Below, piece by piece: positions 42,044 to 53,718 of a stretch of DNA of 64,000 nucleotides. The number at the start of each line of letters is the position of its first letter. Within the stretch, counting starts at the first letter, position 1. Source of the DNA: Botryllus schlosseri (Eukaryota); contig CM119371.1 in assembly GCA_051294905.1 (NCBI GenBank), positions 6,760,001 to 6,824,000 on the forward strand, read 5' to 3'. A program made the translations under genes and the position numbers. The notes under the pieces are model-generated. The model was not told the DNA's origin, ran no database searches, and saw only the letters and a program-made list of their open reading frames with translations.

Positions 42044-43675
42044 CTATCTCTTCACAAATACGGATCTGTAAATCTCAAAGCATTGATCCACTTTAGGTGT
42101 CACTTTTATCCATTTGTCTTGCGATGTATCATACTTTTCAATTGCATCACAGGTTTCTCCATCTGTTACTGCAAAAATCCACTTGTCGATGTGATAAGCA
42201 GAAACTAGAATGTGACGAGCATTCATAGAAGATAACGAAGTCCATTGAGCAGAAGTAGCATCGTAACATGCCACGTTTTCGACTTGGTATCTTCCAGCAC
42301 TCCCCCCACCGATCACAAATATCTTCTGATCAACTGCAACGACACCACTCCCCCATACAGGATATCTCATTGGTTCGAGATCAACCCACTCTGATGATGC
42401 TGGAGTGAATCTGCAGAATGATGAAACTATGACAGCACCTGGTGCCATACCTCCGATACAATAGATGGAATCATTCAATGATACGAGACTTGTTAAACGA
42501 ATCGCTGAAGGTTTGTCTTTCAGTTGAAACCACTGATTAGCAGGTGAAGTAAATATTTCCACGTCACTTGTTGCTTTAGGATAACTTCTTCCAACAACGA
42601 ATATTGATCCTGACAAAGAAACTGAGCTAGGATTCGGTCCATGGTCACAAATCATATCGTTCATCTTTTCCCATTTTGAATTTTTGCTCTGAAAATTTTG
42701 TCGATGAACTGATTTATTCCCACATAAAATATAGATATAAGAGTCCAGAGAAATCGCCGAGAAATGTTTCAAATCCTCAAACATCTCATCATGCAACTTC
42801 TCTACTTTCTCAGATACAGGATTGAAGGATCGGATACAATCTGCGTCATCATCAAAAAGAATGATCAATTCATCATCACCAATTTCTTCTTTCATTTTGT
42901 GCGATGCTCTAGGAGCTTCTAAAAGATGTCCATTGATCAACTTGTACAATCCGAAGTCGTTTTTGATAATTTGGTTTGATTTCAAAATACGTTCTAAAAA
43001 TGCCGGAGAGACTTCATCAAACTTGATTGCTTCAAAACACTCGCGCAGATGTTCCTGATTTTTGCAATTTTTCTCGGCCCAATTGAACAATAAAGTTAAT
43101 TTTTCTTCTTCACATAACTTTGATTCTTCCAGCATCACAAATTTGAGGAGGTTAGTTTTTTCTATTGTTCCAAATCCAGGTTGGTTTGATATTTCTATAA
43201 TATTTTCATGAAAAAATGCTCTACATCGCGCAGAGACAGCATCCAGTCCATACATATCGGCGACATTTCTGGTAGAGAAGTAATTCTCTACATTAACTGA
43301 TTCCTGCAAAATGTCGGATACGGCCTGTTTCACGTCATCCAACTGCATCATGATTGCGACATGAACAAGATCATTCATCTTTTCATCAGGAATCTCAAAT
43401 CTGCCCGAATATATGAAATCGATGCAGTTTTTTACACACTGAGAATCGACCTCTTTAAAAACAACTTTTCCTTCACGACTCTCTTTTGTGTCGTGTTTCA
43501 ACATAGCTTTGAAATAAGCACAACCAGCCGACAATACATTTCTGTGAGTGTAATAGACATCATCTCCTACTTGAATTATGAAATCACAATGATCGTTTTC
43601 TTGCTTCATTCGATGTAATTCTTCCATCATCTTCACTGAATGTTTTTCTACATTTCGACACACAATCTGCACCAT
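42044..43675 (-). CDS. Intronless BTB-BACK-Kelch (KLHL-like) protein, copy 4, intact, 543 aa
   Basis: Uninterrupted ORF with the same domain layout as copy 2. Confidence 0.93.
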   Translation of the reverse strand: MVQIVCRNVEKHSVKMMEELHRMKQENDHCDFIIQVGDDVYYTHRNVLSAGCAYFKAMLKHDTKESREGKVVFKEVDSQCVKNCIDFIYSGRFEIPDEKMNDLVHVAIMMQLDDVKQAVSDILQESVNVENYFSTRNVADMYGLDAVSARCRAFFHENIIEISNQPGFGTIEKTNLLKFVMLEESKLCEEEKLTLLFNWAEKNCKNQEHLRECFEAIKFDEVSPAFLERILKSNQIIKNDFGLYKLINGHLLEAPRASHKMKEEIGDDELIILFDDDADCIRSFNPVSEKVEKLHDEMFEDLKHFSAISLDSYIYILCGNKSVHRQNFQSKNSKWEKMNDMICDHGPNPSSVSLSGSIFVVGRSYPKATSDVEIFTSPANQWFQLKDKPSAIRLTSLVSLNDSIYCIGGMAPGAVIVSSFCRFTPASSEWVDLEPMRYPVWGSGVVAVDQKIFVIGGGSAGRYQVENVACYDATSAQWTSLSSMNARHILVSAYHIDKWIFAVTDGETCDAIEKYDTSQDKWIKVTPKVDQCFEIYRSVFVKR

Positions 43676-44462
43676 GATTGTCGATCAACTATAATTATCC
43701 TATGGTTATTATATTATAGTCAAGCACTCTTATTGAATTAAAGAGGATCAGTTTACTAGAGTAATGCCTGTTGAAAGAATCATAATACGTATATCCACGT
43801 CATGAGTATGAATGGAAGGACATTCAACTACACACAAGGTGATCACTGAACGGTGCTAAATCAGAGGCATCTCTGCCATAACGCAGTTGTGAAAACTTCA
43901 TTCTTGCTTTACTTTTTATTCGTTGTATTGACACGAAACCAAAGACTTATTTCGGTCGATTACCACCACCTTGCGAATGATCGAGTTGATCATCCGTATG
44001 CTAAATTGTATTTTGGAACATCATAAAATAATTTTATACTATGGTATATTCCAGGGGCGGCCGCATCTGTTTCATGCTCCATCCCAATATCACAAAGATT
44101 GGCTTTAAAAGAACAGCAACATGAAAGATCACGCTGATTACACTGAAGTGGTCCTGGCGGAATTCTAGTGGAATATTCGCTCTAACGTGAAACACCAAGA
44201 ATGATCATGTAAATCACTATTTCTGGGATTAACCCCGAGCGTATCGTGCAATCAGAAAATATCGACTACGGTTGAATTTTTTCTTTATTCGGGTCTAATT
44301 TGGAAAAAAATCAGGATTTCGAGACTTAATTTAATGCAACATCGTCATTAGCTCATTGCTATCTAAAATAAATCGAGGAATAATAGTCGACATGATTCGT
44401 AACATATTCTTCGCTATAGCGAAATTATCGAATGCAACCAGAAGCGTCGACTATAATATATC

Positions 44463-47400
44463 ATACTTTCAACATTGTATTTGAGAGTCGAGCGGACTTG
44501 CTAATGTTACAACCAATATACCACGGCAAAGTGCTTAAATAGTTCTACAATATAAAAACAATTTCAGAGTATAGCGGGTCTTAGTTTAATCAAAATAAGA
44601 GCGCAAAGTAGGTCCGTAACGTCGCATTTGAGGCATACGAATATACCAATTGACACGAAAATACGATACTTTCAGTGTTATATTTGGGAGTCGAGCGGAC
44701 TTGTTAATGTTACAACTAATATATCACGGCAAAGTGCTTAATTAGTTCTACAATATAAAAGTAATTTCAGAGTATAGCAGGTCTTAGTTTATTCAAAATA
44801 AGAGCGCAAAGTAGGTCCGTAGCGTCGCATTTCAGGCATACGAATATACCAATTGACACGAAAATACAATACTTTCAGTGTTATATTTTGGAGTCGAGCG
44901 GACTTGTTAATGTTACAACTAATATATCACGGCAAAGTGCTTAAATAGTTCTACAATATAAAAGTAATTTCAGAGTATAGCGGGTCTTAGTTTATTCAAA
45001 ATAAGAGGGCAAAGTAGGTCCGTAACGTCGCATTTCAGGCATACGAATATACCAATTGACACGAAAATACAATACTTTCAGTGTTATATTTTGGAGTCGA
45101 GCGGACTTGTTAATGTTACAACTAATACATCACGGCAAAGTGCTTAAATAGTTCTACAATATAAAAGTAATTTCAGAGTATAGCGGGTCTTAGTTTATTC
45201 AAAATAAGAGGGCAAAGTAGGTCCGTAACGTCGCATTTCAGGCATACGAATATACCAATTGACACGAAAATACGATACTTTCAGTGTTATATTTGGGAGT
45301 CGAGCGGACTTGTTAATGTTACAACTAATACATCACGGCAAAGTGCTTAATTAGTTCTACAATATAAAAGTAATTTCACAGTATAGCGGGTCTTAGTTTA
45401 TTCAAAATAAGAGCGCAAAGTAGGTCCGTAGCGTCGCATTTCAGGCATACGAATATACCAATTGACACGAAAATACGATACTTTCAGTGTTATATTTGGG
45501 AGTCGAGCGGACTTGTTAATGTTACAACTAATACATCACGGCAAAGTGCTTAATTAGTTCTACAATATAAAAGTAATTTCAGAGTATAGCGGGTCTTAGT
45601 TTATTCAAAATAAGAGCGCAAAGTAGGTCCGTAGCGTCGCATTTCAGGCATACGAATATACCAATTGACACGAAAATACGATACTTTCAGTGTTATATTT
45701 GGGAGTCGAGCGGACTTGTTAATGTTACAACTAATACATCACGGCAAAGTGCTTAATTAGTTCTACAATATAAAAGTAATTTCAGAGTATAGCGGGTCTT
45801 AGTTTATTCAAAATAAGAGCGCAAAGTAGGTCCGTAGCGTCGCATTTCAGGCATACGAATATACCAATTGACACGAAAATACGATACTTTCAGTGTTATA
45901 TTTGGGAGTCGAGCGGACTTGTTAATGTTACAACTAATACATCACGGCCAAGTGCTTAATTAGTTCTACAATATAAAAGTAATTTCAGAGTATAGCGGGT
46001 CTTAGTTTATTCAAAATAAGAGCGCAAGGTAGGTCCGTAGCGTCGCATTTCAGGCATACGAATATACCAATTGACACGAAAATACGATACTTTCAGTGTT
46101 ATATTTGGGAGTCGAGCGGACTTGTTAATGTTACAACTAATACATCACGGCAAAGTGCTTAATTAGTTCTACAATATAAAAGTAATTTCACAGTATAGCG
46201 GGTCTTAGTTTATTCGAAATAAGAGCGCAAAGTAGGTCCGTAGCGTCGCATTTCAGGCATACGAATATACCAATTGACACGAAAATACGATACTTTCAGT
46301 GTTATATTTGGGAGTCGAGCGGACTTGTTAATGTTACAACTAATACATCACGGCAAAGTGCTTAATTAGTTCTACAATATAAAAGTAATTTCAGAGTATA
46401 GCGGGTCTTAGTTTATTCAAAATAAGAGCGCAAAGTAGGTCCGTAGCGTCGCATTTCAGGCATACGAATATACCAATCGACACGAAAATACGATACTTTC
46501 AGTGTTATATTTGGGAGTCGAGCGGACTTGTTAATGTTACAACTAATACATCACGGCAAAGTGCTTAATTAGTTCTACAATATAAAAGTAATTTCAGAGT
46601 ATAGCGGGTCTTAGTTTATTCAAAATAAGAGCGCAAAGTAGGTCCGTAGCGTCGCATTTCAGGCATACGAATATACCAATTGACACGAAAATACGATACT
46701 TTCAGTGTTATATTTGGGAGTCGAGCGGACTTGTTAATGTTACAACTAATACATCACGGCCAAGTGCTTAATTAGTTCTACAATATAAAAGTAATTTCAG
46801 AGTATAGCGGGTCTTAGTTTATTCAAAATAAGAGCGCAAAGTAGGTCCGTAGCGTCGCATTTCAGGCATACGAATATACCAATTGACACGAAAATACGAT
46901 ACTTTCAGTGTTATATTTGGGAGTCGAGCGGACTTGTTAATGTTACAACTAATACATCACGGCAAAGTGCTTAATTAGTTCTACAATATAAAAGTAATTT
47001 CACAGTATAGCGGGTCTTAGTTTATTCAAAATAAGAGCGCAAAGTAGGTCCGTGGCGTCGCATTTCAGGCATACGAATATACCAATTGACACGAAAATAC
47101 GATACTTTCAGTGTTATATTTTGGAGTCGAGCGGACTTGTTAATGTTACAACTAATACATCACGGCAAAGTGCTTAAATAGTTCTACAATATAAAAGTAA
47201 TTTCAGAGTATAGCGGGTCTTAGTTTATTCAAAATAAGAGCGCAAAGTAGGTCCGTAGCGTCGCATTTCAGGCATACGAATATACCAATTGACACGAAAA
47301 TACGATACTTTCAGTGTTATATTTGGGAGTCGAGCGGACTTGTTAATGTTACAACTAATACATCACGGCAGAGTGCTTAATTAGTTCTACAATATAAAAG

Positions 47401-48819
47401 TAATTTCACAGTATAGCGGGTCTTAGTTTATTCAAAATAAGAGCGCAAAGTAGGTCCGTGGCGTCGCATTTCAGGCATACGAATATACCAATTGACACGA
47501 AAATACGATACTTTCAGTGTTATATTTTGGAGTCGAGCGGACTTGTTAATGTTACAACTAATACATCACGGCAAAGTGCTTAAATAGTTCTACAATATAA
47601 AAGTAATTTCAGAGTATAGCGGGTCTTAGTTTATTCAAAATAAGAGCGCAAAGTAGGTCCGTAGCGTCGCATTTCAGGCATACGAATATACCAATTGACA
47701 CGAAAATACGATACTTTCAGTGTTATATTTGGGAGTCGAGCGGACTTGTTAATGTTACAACTAATACATCACGGCAAAGTGCTTAATTAGTTCTACAATA
47801 TAAAAGTAATTTCACAGTATAGCGGGTCTTAGTTTATTCAAAATAAGAGCGCAAAGTAGGTCCGTAGCGTCGCATTTCAGGCATACGAATATACCAATTG
47901 ACACGAAAATACGATACTTTCAGTGTTATATTTTGGAGTCGAGCGGACTTGTTAATGTTACAACTAATACATCACGGCAAAGTGCTTAAATAGTTCTACA
48001 ATATAAAAGTAATTTCAGAGTATAGCGGGTCTTAGTTTATTCAAAATAAGAGCGCAAAGTAGGTCCGTAGCGTCGCATTTCAGGCATACGAATATACCAA
48101 TTGACACGAAAATACGATACTTTCAGTGTTATATTTTGGAGTCGAGCGGACTTGTTAATGTTACAACTAATACATCACGGCAAAGTGCTTAAATAGTTCT
48201 ACAATATAAAAGTAATTTCAGAGTATAGCGGGTCTTAGTTTATTCAAAATAAGAGCGCAAAGTAGGTCCGTAGCGTCGCATTTCAGGCATACGAATATAC
48301 CAATTGACACGAAAATACGATACTTTCAGTGTTATATTTGGGAGTCGAGCGGACTTGTTAATGTTACAACTAATACATCACGGCAAAGTGCTTAATTAGT
48401 TCTACAATATAAAAGTAATTTCACAGTATAGCGGGTCTTAGTTTATTCAAAATAAGAGCGCAAAGTAGGTCCGTAGCGTCGCATTTCAGGCATACGAATA
48501 TACCAATTGACACGAAAATACGATACTTTCAGTGTTATATTTGGGAGTCGAGCGGACTTGTTAATGTTACAACTAATACATCACGGCAAAGTGCTTAAAT
48601 AGTTCTACAATATAAAAGTAATTTCAGAGTATAGCGGGTCTTAGTTTATTCAAAATAAGAGGGCAAAGTAGGTCCGTGACGTCGCATTTCAGGCATACGA
48701 ATATACCAATTGATGCGAAAATACCATATATCCAGCGTTGAGTCGAGCGGACTTGCTAATATTACAACTCATATACCACGGCAAAGTGATTGAATAGTTC
48801 TACAATATAAAAGTAATTT
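44463..48819. repeat. 203-bp tandem satellite, about 21.5 copies
   Basis: Anchor gagtcgagcggacttg at 44485, 44688, 44891, 45094 ... 48545 (exact 203-bp period), with a final partial copy at 48740. Edge copies are more diverged. Confidence 0.97.
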
Positions 48820-49179
48820 GCAATTAGCCAAATTTTTTAAAAATACCTCGCGGACCGGCAGAAACGTCATCGCGGACTGGCACCGGTCCGCGGACCGGCG
48901 GTTGAGAACCACGGCTCTAACTCAAAATGTATGACAAATTCCCGGCCAGGCATAGGCTATGCCTCAATTCCAAATGTACGAAAAATCCCAATGTTTGCCA
49001 AGCATTTCACGCTGAATTCAAGAGCGTTCTGCAAATGTTTTTCAGACAACGAACACATTATCGGAAAAGGCCTTCAAAGTCCATATGCCTCAATTCCAAT
49101 GTTGGTCAAGTTTCACGCTGAATTCAAGAGCGTTCCGCGCCTGCATTTCGGACAATGAACACCACGTCTGAATGGACTC

Positions 49180-50115
49180 CAGACATGGGGTGATTACTTC
49201 ACGAATGTAATCGATTGCGATTACGATTACTTTTGAATTCCGCGATTACGATTACGATTACAGCAAAATCAGGAAGTAGTCGACTACGATTACGATTACA
49301 TTTCAAAAGTAATCACGATTACTCACGATTACATTTGTTTTACTTCTTAGAACTAATTTCAGAAGAGATTGGAAGACAATGTAAGGCTTGCGATGAAAAG
49401 GTCTAATGAGATAACAACTTTCTTTATTAATCATACGTCATTTGCTTGTTACGTCGTAATGCACCCATTGCCCAACTCTATGCAGGCCTATTCGTCGCAA
49501 CCAACGATTTGCATTCTTACCAGGTCCGTAACTGCCACACCCCAAACTTCCCAATAGGACCGGGAGCGAGCTCGAAGGGGACTCAAAAGTATTTCGTAAA
49601 TCATCATAAATTATTATATAGTATTTTCAAGAGAGTTAATTAACAGGTGCTTTACGTGCTTGCGTGCGTGTTGTGTTGTGTGTGTATGTGGGGGGGGGGG
49701 GGCGTGCCTCACCAGCCATGAACCTCACCGCACGTCACTGGTCTGGAGTGTATTGATAGCCTGATATTCAGCATGGCTTACACTCTTATTACAATCACAC
49801 AACGATGTTCATCGAATATATATTTACTACGTGTGGATACTTCTTACGCAAGGACGAGCAAAGCTAATTCTTCTGACGTATAATTAGCAGTGGCGTTTGA
49901 AAATCAACCGTTTGCGCTATCCATAACTTGGTATAATATCTCTTCCTTGTTCACGAATGTCATATTCATTGTACAAATAAAAAGTAATCGTTCTTTTACA
50001 AAGAAATCGATTAGATATGGGAAGTAGTCGATTACGATTACTCACGATTACATTTGTTTTACTTCTTAGAACTAATTTCAGAAGAGATTGGAAGACAATG
50101 TAAGGCTTGCGATGA
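49180..50115. mobile_element. Rearranged, inverted relative of element 12834-15009
   Basis: Begins cagacatggggtgattacttc and matches the reverse complement of ~14600-15009, then of ~12950-13140. The second TIR is absent. Confidence 0.8.
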
Positions 50116-50903
50116 GTAGTTTTTAAATTCGAATGTAAACTTTGCGCCCAGTGCATGCTGCGTGTTTATTGATGACTCGTGTTTCAAGTGTTTATGTTTG
50201 TCGACTATCCCTTTGATTTGATATGTAAGTGGTTTCCCGCTGATAGCATCATTTTCTTCGCTCGCTGTGTATACACGATCGGTGGAGAATTCTGGTCATC
50301 CACCAGCAGTATTTCCCTAATTATTCGCACTTCTGCATAATTTTGAGATTTTTCCATAATTGGCCTCGAATCTGATAAAATCTTACCCCTTTTGGCCAAA
50401 TTCTTTCCGACTGCCCACTATGCAGCTCATATTCGCTGAATAAAATCGCTGTACAGTGAGCGCGATTGCAAAGTAATAGTCGCATTTTGTATGTTAGCGT
50501 GAGATTGCACATCTAGCACAGTATCAGTCGCATGAGTTGAATCTATTGAAACTTTTATAGGGTCAGTGATTTGTGTTTTTTTCAAGTTGTATAATTATGC
50601 CGTAATTGTGTAAATACTTTCTAAAAAACATGTAGAATGTATCTCCTGTTCTCGAGAAAATCCTGTGACCATCATAAAGTTACATTTTCAAGTTGAAAAT
50701 CGCCAGTGTGACGTCATGTCCAGAATAAAGTCGCGTGCAACCCTTGCCCCATCCCTCGATATTGTCACGAGTCGCCACTGTATGGTTTATAATTTTTAGA
50801 TCATAATTTACGACGATCAAGAAGTCGTGGAAGGCATAGTATTTCAGGTAGTCCGATTTTACTTGTCAGTTGGCAGATAGCGCAGCAATCCGAAAGGTGT
50901 AAT

Positions 50904-51493
50904 TATAGAAATTAAACATGGAACGGCAACGACCGATTTTGCAGCTTCGATCCGCTTCGCCGAGGCAGGAGTGGAGAATTGTTTTGCGTAAGCGACTGCA
51001 GGATTTCTGGCAACCCAAAAGCTATCTTCCCTGGCGCAGAAATTACTGAACCTGGTCTTGATCGAAAGCTACTGTTGCACCGATTCCGAAAATATAAATT
51101 AAAATATTGATTGGCACTGATCCACCTAGAATATGTCCTCCAAGTCTGAAATATCAGCATTGTTCAGAACAATCCGGTAACCGCAACACAATGGCCACAA
51201 AAATGACCCGTTGCGACTCTCCGATTGTTCGAACAATGCCGATATTTCAGACTTGGAGAACGGATTCTAGGTGGATCAGTGCCTGATCATTATTTTAATT
51301 TATATTTTCGGAATCGGTGCAACAGTAGCTTTCGATCAAAACCAGATTAAATAATTTCTGCGCTCGGGAAGATAGCTTTTGGATTGCCAGAAATCCCACA
51401 GTCGCTTTCGCAAAACAATTCTCCACTCCTGCCTCGGCGAAGCGGATCGAAGCTGCAAAATCGGTCGTTGCCGTTTCATGTTTAATTTCTATA
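50904..51493. mobile_element. 590-bp palindromic (foldback) MITE, copy A
   Basis: ~270-bp arms starting tatagaaattaaacatg. 7-bp TSD gtgtaat at 50897-50903 and 51494-51500. Confidence 0.92.
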
Positions 51494-51901
51494 GTGTAAT
51501 CGTATGTGTTATGGGAAGACTATATATAAAGGTCGCTCAGGAAAATACGGTGGCAAGCCGCCGTCGCCTTATTTACACCGTACATCCAAGCTCACAGCAC
51601 ACAGAGAGTCACTAAATATTCAAAAATGAAAAACTGGATATTTCGAGCAACCTTTTGTAACAAACCAACTAATATGTTTGAGATTGTCAAGGTGCATGTT
51701 CGTTTAGTGTTGATTTTATTATGATGCCATCGCCATGCATAGAGTGGCCCGCAGTTGAAATGCAATAAATTTCAACCAAAGATGTTATAATGAAGTGAAA
51801 ATTGTAATATATCAAACCCTCCCAGTAGAGGTTTCGTTGTTTTGACATATTTCAGGTGACTCTATGAGTATTATGCCCTATAATACTAATATATATTCAA
51901 C

Positions 51902-53718
51902 ATGAAGCAGAAGAAGCCAAAGTTTGACATAAAAGCTGTAGCATATTCTTTGGCGATTTCACTTGATGCTATTCCTTCTCCACAATCCCCTCTAAAGCGT
52001 GCCGTCGTCGCACAAGCATGGAAAATACGTCGTACAGTCGCATCTCCCAGAAAAATAACGACGGTTTACGATTTGTGGAATAATAGCTCTGACTTCAGGG
52101 CCATGGTATTGAAATATTTCCAGGAGCACCATCAGCTAAATACCGACGTACATGAATCTCGAGAGGAGTCTCTCCAAGTACATGCAGCGGAGAGTGGTCT
52201 AGAACTTTCGGAAGCGACACGAAATACCCGCGTAGAGGAGAACTCCACGATTGACCAATCAAATCTTGAGCAATGTAAAGACACAGAAGCCGTATATTGT
52301 TACTGCAAACGACCGTATCGAGGTGAATTCATGGTACAGTGTGAAGATTGCAAATGTTGGTTTCATCCTACATGCGCCTTTCGACCCGACAGTAAAGAAT
52401 CGAAATTTGATCATAATCAATGGCGTACTGTATCCTTGCACTGCAGGGTCGACCATAACACAAGCACACAGCGCCCGTTTTATACTCACGCACCTCAGAT
52501 TAACAATCGTTATGTCGATAAAGAACCAACGCCGCCCACGCCTCTCCTCGATGAGTTTACGGGACAAGATGGAATGTTAAATGCTTGGGATGCATGTGAT
52601 CATACCAAATCGCTTCCAGAGTCCCAGATTACGTCGATTTCTAAACCTGCCGGGCACAGCGAAATTAATGAAACATGGGTGAGTGATTCCGCAATCGAAT
52701 CTATTGGAGGAATGACAGCGAAGATATCGGACAAGATCAAAGAACCTGATGAGGTGAACTTACGACGGTTAACTTCAATTACTGCAGAAGAATGGAAAAG
52801 AGCCATTCAAAATCGAGGCCAACATCATTTTGCCAACAAATCTCAGTACGCAGAGACACTTATACGGGCGCTTCGGCAAGTATATGATTCATGTGTGCCG
52901 ATGATAAAAAGTAATTATTTACGTGCTCAAGACAAAGTGACAGAGATTACGACGGAATCTGATCGATATTACGAAGGCAATGTTATACTGTACTGCGGTC
53001 ATAAAACATGTTGCGAAAGGTCCGTGGACATATGAGCATGCGACATTACAGCATGCGAGACTTCGGCATGCGACAATTTGGCATGCGACACATGAGCATG
53101 TGGGTTAAATTACGGGTTAGGGGTAGGTTAGGGTTTGATTTTGGTTGGGTTAGGGTTAGGGTTTAGGTTAGGTTAGGCTAGGTTAGGTTAGGTTAGGCTA
53201 TGTTTAGGGTTAGGGTAAGTTTTTGGGTTATACAGTCACATGCTGAAGTGACGCATGCTGATGTGTTCCATGCTAAACTGTCGTTTTCCATTGTGTCGCA
53301 TGCTCATATGTCGGGCAACCGTTGCGAATGTACAGTCACTATCCATGCTCAATTGTACAGTATGGTAAATTCGGCGCAAATCGACTTTCATATAACCGGA
53401 GACAGGCATCATCGACATGAATGCACTAAATCAAGAAGAGTCAAAGGCGAACAGCGGCTTCATCTGAAAGAGGAGCTTGATTACAAAACCCCGACTCAAG
53501 TGCATCGACATTTATTTGATACATTGTCTGAAAATGAACGATTTTTTGGTTCACATACATTCGCACCTTCGACTGACGTTCTGAAAGACATCAAAAGAGA
53601 TGGTTGTCCAGTGGTAAAATATTCCAAAAACTGGCTATTCTGCATGGAGAAATTGGTGAAAATATTCACGAATGAGAAGAAAACTAATTTGACTCTCTGC
53701 TGTGAGCTTGACCCGTAA
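51902..53718 (+). pseudogene. PHD-finger protein with a MULE/NOF-like transposase N-terminal region, interrupted by a MITE and apparently 3'-truncated
   Basis: PHD-like YCYCKRPYRGEFMVQCEDCKCWFHPTC. Removing the MITE plus one TSD (311 bp) fuses ORFs 51902 and 53200 in frame (GHKTCCECTVTIH..GDRHHRH..RRVKGEQR..PSTDVLKDIK), giving 501 aa. The MULE/NOF assignment is from recalled motif similarity only. Confidence 0.7.
53019..53320. mobile_element. 302-bp MULE-type MITE with a central (ggtta/gggtta)n tract
   Basis: GG..CC termini and IR gacatatgagcatgcgaca / tgtcgcatgctcatatgtc. 9-bp TSD gttgcgaaa / gttgcgaat at 53010-53018 and 53321-53329. Confidence 0.88.

Larger units (their letters stand above)
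555..44141. repeat. Tandem segmental-duplication array (four KLHL units, each with downstream block + gene + upstream block)
   Basis: Non-coding anchors recur in the same order, e.g. ttcagaattactcacttt at ~610, 16767, 20143, 31050 and 41050, and gtgagtgcaatcta just past each stop codon. The upstream block recurs at ~4700, 24450, 33810 and 43680. Confidence 0.9.

Noticed and set aside
4101..43618. Plus-strand ORFs overlapping KLHL genes (4101, 23567, 23852, 42822, 43361)
   Set aside because: Antisense shadows of the coding frame with no recognisable domain.
44463..48819. Possible CRISPR-like array
   Set aside because: Units are near-identical over all 203 bp with no unique spacers, there are no cas genes, and the context is eukaryotic.
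48840..48914. Charlie-like right end as the boundary of an element containing the satellite
   Set aside because: No matching left TIR was found. The satellite is better explained by the 44142-56345 element.
53100..53230. TTAGGG/GGTTA tract as a telomere or chromosome-fusion scar
   Set aside because: Short, degenerate, and enclosed by MITE inverted repeats with a TSD.
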